Made by a program: the position numbers and the translations under genes
Source: Malacoraja senta
Taxonomy: Eukaryota
Direction: 5' to 3'
DNA: 64,000 nucleotides
Assembly (NCBI GenBank): GCA_038087875.1
Contig: CM075992.1
Coordinates: forward strand, 6,016,001-6,080,000
The notes under the pieces: generated by a model
What the model was told of the DNA's origin: nothing
Seen by the model: the letters and a program-made list of their open reading frames with translations, nothing else
Databases searched by the model: none
Part shown: positions 59,808 through 64,000 of the stretch, in pieces
Layout of the letters: every line of letters begins with the position of its first letter
Position numbering within the stretch: the stretch's first letter is position 1

Positions 59808-61584
59808 GGTGGTTCTTCCTGCAACACAGAAAGACACTCCAAACGACCTCAGAGTAAGTACTTACCTGTAGGTCTCTGGTTTTAAGCTTACCGCTGCGGG
59901 GAACGCTCCTCCCCGCCTGTCGCTGCGCAATGCGTTAGACGATATGTCACGCATGCGCCCTGACGGGTTTTTCACGTAGTCACTCACGTGACTCCGAAGT
60001 AAAATATAGGATTAAATGACACACTTCTAAGGCCTTTCATGGAGATACAAAATATTTTGTTTCTTCTTACTTGTTAATACTTGTTTAATTGTTGTTTAAG
60101 TATTATGAAAACATGCTAACAATTTAACAAAGTCTATGGGCATCATTCAAAATAATTTAAGTCATAGGAAATATTGCAATATGATTCTAAACCAAGAAAT
60201 CAAAGAACACTGGAATTTCCAGAGAAAGGAAGGATGGAGCTTTCTTAATCTCCACTTTCAAATGATGAAATGGAGAGTTTATATGCAGTGAGGTATAAAT
60301 ATTCCCCTTAATGTTTCCAAAGACATTTTGCAGTCCTGAATAAAAATACCTTAAAGTAATATCTGGCTTAACATCATCAAATTATTGCTAGGTAATGCAA
60401 AAATGGAGATTCAGAAATAATTGTTCTTGGAAGAAACAGTTGCAAAACAGTAAGTTGTAAGAACCGCTGATTTGAAAAAAATGTTTATCAGGATTTTCTC
60501 TGGCTGGATTAATAACATGCATCTTCTGTCAACATTTAAATTAGCTTTGATCTTTGCCCTTTCAAATTAAGGTGAAGCCTCGAGGAAAGCTAGCATTTCA
60601 GATCTACATACCTTAAAAGGTTCAGCAAATTGATATTAATTGTCGATACACTAAATTGGGTTTTGTGAAGAACAGGTAAATAATAGAAAATCCATCTCGA
60701 AAATCACCAAGGAAAAATCAGGATAATTAAAAAAATGTACCTGGAATAAACTTCTTTCAAATTGTGCCGAGCTGAAGTCTTCTTTTTACACTATGCAGAA
60801 ATTTAGAGTAAGGAGCCCCTGTCCAATTTTCTTATCTTCTTTGGCTCTGTTGTCAGTTGTCTACACTTAAAAGAAATGGAACAGAGATTGTTTCAGCCAA
60901 AAAGCAATGCTCTCTCATTGAAGATTTACAAAGCATATGAAAATCAGTGGAAGGGAAGAACTGACAGCTATTTCTTTAATCTAAACACCATGAGTACTAA
61001 TGAGCATTGTTTTAGTTTTTAAGAGTGCATGTTAAGCTGCGATTTTATTGTTTTCTCAAGCAGCAGTAAATCATATACAATCTTCCCACCCTCACACTAA
61101 TCTTTCCAACTGAGTGAGGCAATAGACCAGCAGAGAAAGCCCCCGTTCTATTTAACCATATTAGTTGCAGATCATTACATATTACTGGTAAGACATTTTT
61201 ATCATATTAATTTCCAGGGGACTTAGCAGGGGGGTATGTATTGGTGGCAGAACCTAGAACTGGGGAGTCACTGTTTAGAAATAAGGAGTAACCTAATTAA
61301 ACAGAAATAAGACATATTTTTTTGTTCTCAAAAGATTGTGAGTCTTTATAACTTCTTTAAAAGGGCCATGGAAGTTGTGTCTTCGAATATTTTTAAGGCA
61401 GAAATAGGTAGATTCTTGATAAGTAAGGAAATTAAAATTTTCTGGAATAGGTGGGATTGTAGAGGTGAGGTTACTATCAAATCAGCCTTATTAAATGGCG
61501 AGGCATGCCTGAGGGGCTGGATGGCCTATTCCTGCACTTGATTTGTATGTCCACATGCATGCATGTTAGATTTAATGTCAGAGA

Positions 61585-61900
61585 CCGCACAGTGGCGCAG
61601 CAGTAGAGTTGCTGCCTTACAGCGCCAGGGACCCGGGTTCGATCGTGACAACGGGTGCTTGTCTGTACAGAGTTTGTATGTTCTCCCTATGACCTGCGTG
61701 GCTTTTCTCCAAGATCTTCGGTTTCCTCCCACACTCCAAAGACGTACAGGTTTGTAGGTAAATTGGCTTGGTATATATGTAAATTGCCCCTTGTTTGTGG
61801 GCTAGTGTAAATGCGCAGGGATCGCCAGTCGGTGCGGATTTGATGGGCCGAAGGGCCTGTTTCACGCTGCATCTCTAAACTAAACTAAACAAAAACTAAA
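61585..61900 (+). mobile_element. tRNA-derived SINE (HE1/V-SINE type)
   Basis: A/B-box head, core and aaact tail. Confidence 0.8.
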
Positions 61901-62779
61901 AGACCAGCAACACGTCAATGGATGGTGAGATGACGAAGGGTATGCTAAAGAAATTGGTGGCAGGAGTTGCCAAGGTCTGTAGGGGAATCCAACACAGCAA
62001 CAGGGAGGAATTGGAAATTGTAGAAACAAAACCGGTTCACGTTAAAAAAATACAGGAGTCAAAAGAAATTTCCTGTTATAAGAAACTGGAGAAAGTCAGG
62101 AAAAAGAAAATCACTTCTGAGTAACATCAGTGAAAACATTTTGAAAAACAGAAGCATGATGATGAGCCACAGTATGCTGGCTGTGTCTAATCTTTCTGAG
62201 GCAAATGCCTGCTCTATGTCCAGGACATACTGATCAACCATCACATCTATCACATATTCAACACACACACTGACCCGAGTCCCATGCATAAGAAGGTTAG
62301 GTAAGCATTCATCCTCAGTGCTTCTCTTAGAGTCAGTGTTGAGATGCCTGCTCCATTTAATAGCCTGTTCAATGCTGGCTGCCAAAATGTTTACAGTGCT
62401 GACCCATTTGAGAGGTAAATTAGGGAGTAAAGATGTTCATGAATACTCCTGCCTGCGGGTTAGCGAGGTCCTGAGGACACAGATGGGTATTTAATCGGAG
62501 TCATTTTCTTTCCATGGGTTCACACTCAGGAAGGTCGATCTGACATCTGTGACACTGACCATGAGTACAGGCACACGCGAGGCTGTCAGGGCAGGCCATG
62601 GTCCACTGATCTTCTGTTAAAAGCGAGCATAGAAGGCAATGAGCTCATTAGAGATGGGTGCATTGCTGCCAGTGATACTGCCCAACATCACATTGTGGCC
62701 CGTTGTAGCATGCAAGCATTGCTATAATCGATGGGTGTTCGTGCGGTTAATCCTGGAATCAACACATGTCCGGGATTTC

Positions 62780-62978
62780 TCTTATTTCGCTTGGGTAGTT
62801 TACACCCCGGTGATATGAACATTGACTTCTCTAACTTCAGATAGCCCTTGCTTTCTCTCTCCATCCCCTTCCCCTTCCCAGTTCTCCCACCAGTCTTACT
62901 GTCTCTGCCTACATTCTATCTTTGTCCTGCCCCCTCCCCTGACATCAGTCTGAAGATGGCTCTCAACCAAAAACATTG
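62780..62978 (+). mobile_element. Penelope 3' end fragment with decayed hammerhead-like motif
   Basis: Similar to 25290-25500 (FRLGSLHP..NI.FS.F*, pyrimidine tract, cagtctgaaga). Confidence 0.7.
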
Positions 62979-63616
62979 TGAGTCTGCTGTGAGAACGACC
63001 TGCATTTTTTACTCCTTCTGGGCTTTATTTTGTAAATATGCCTTGGTTGCTGATTTATAAGCTAGTCTATGCATAGGATGTGTTTCTTTAGAGTGGAATG
63101 ACTTATTTTATGAGCTTCAGCTTGGTAACAATTATTGGCAGCTCTTCCACTTCTGAGTCACGAGATTATTCAAGCCCAACTCTGCAAATTGAGCATAAAA
63201 TGTAGGCCAGCAGTTCAGTACAGCAGGTTTAGATTTAGGTTTAGGTTTATTATTGTCACATGCACTGAGATACAGTGAAAAAGCTTTTGTTTTGCATGCT
63301 ATCGCTGCCTTGCCGCGACCGCTGAAAACCAATGCAGAATCACTCCCTGGAGCTGGAATAACTCCCTGGAGTAACTCTTGCTTCTGGCTTCCTGATCCTC
63401 CAAAAATATTCTAAATGGAATTTAAACTGGAAGTGGTGGAGGCTCCATCACCAAACTCCAAACTCTGAACAATAACAGCCTATTGCATTTTATCTGTTTA
63501 TTTATTGTGTATATATATGGTCTATGATATATATACACACTGAACTTTTATCTCCTGTTCTGTATTATGTTTACATATTCTGTTGTGCTGCAGCAAGCAA
63601 GAATGTCATTGTCCTA

Positions 63617-63849
<233 letters not shown>

Positions 63850-64000
63850 CACACACACACAATTTCCCTCCTGGGATTAATAAAGTTCTATCGTATAGTA
63901 TCGTGTGTGTGTAGGAAGGAACTGCAGATGCTGGTTAAAACTGAAGATAGACACAAAAAGCTGGAGTAACTCAACAGGTCAGACAGAATCTATGGACAAA

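Larger units (their letters stand above)
54298..60006 (-). mobile_element. DIRS1-type retrotransposon: left terminus, gag, RT, RNase H, methyltransferase-like domain and partial YR; 3' part missing
   Basis: Terminus matches that at 42086; ORFs 58671-59837, 57817-58674 (IDLKDAY, YLDD), 57514-57795, 55367-55573 (TDAS), 54687-55448; YR N-terminus ~54298-54720. Confidence 0.92.

Noticed and set aside
60741..60865. Minus-strand exon-like segment with good acceptor and donor
   Set aside because: Stops in all three frames and no partner exons identified; could be non-coding but unsupported
1963..61900. tRNA-like A/B-box sequences as tRNA genes
   Set aside because: Each continues into a SINE core and LINE-like tail; no full cloverleaf

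Overview
Repeat-dominated vertebrate DNA, very probably from a cartilaginous fish (skate/ray/shark), judged from HE1-type tRNA-derived SINEs, CR1-type LINEs and abundant Penelope-derived palindromic repeats. It has two 200-N assembly gaps. Host genes read from splice sites and reading phase: (1) a CpG-island first coding exon of an unidentified minus-strand gene (1229-1319); (2) an unidentified minus-strand gene with a 1.14-kb acidic exon (9316-10459) carrying a four-copy ~20-aa Tyr/Cys repeat, possibly driven by a triple-CCAAT CpG island near 21.3-21.5 kb; (3) the 5' exons of a plus-strand EGF-domain gene resembling EGF-TM7/ADGRE adhesion GPCRs (38140-38164, 39338-39436, 51237-51377), with a broken duplicate exon and local duplications. 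Mobile DNA includes a Tx1>CR1>Penelope nest, a tandem Helitron-like pair with an L1 inserted (itself holding a second, in-frame L1), two DIRS1-type tyrosine-recombinase retrotransposons, a TIR transposon with a 7-bp TSD, Harbinger-type MITEs, and many copies of a hammerhead-ribozyme-like motif from Penelope tails. All identities come from manual reading; no searches were run.
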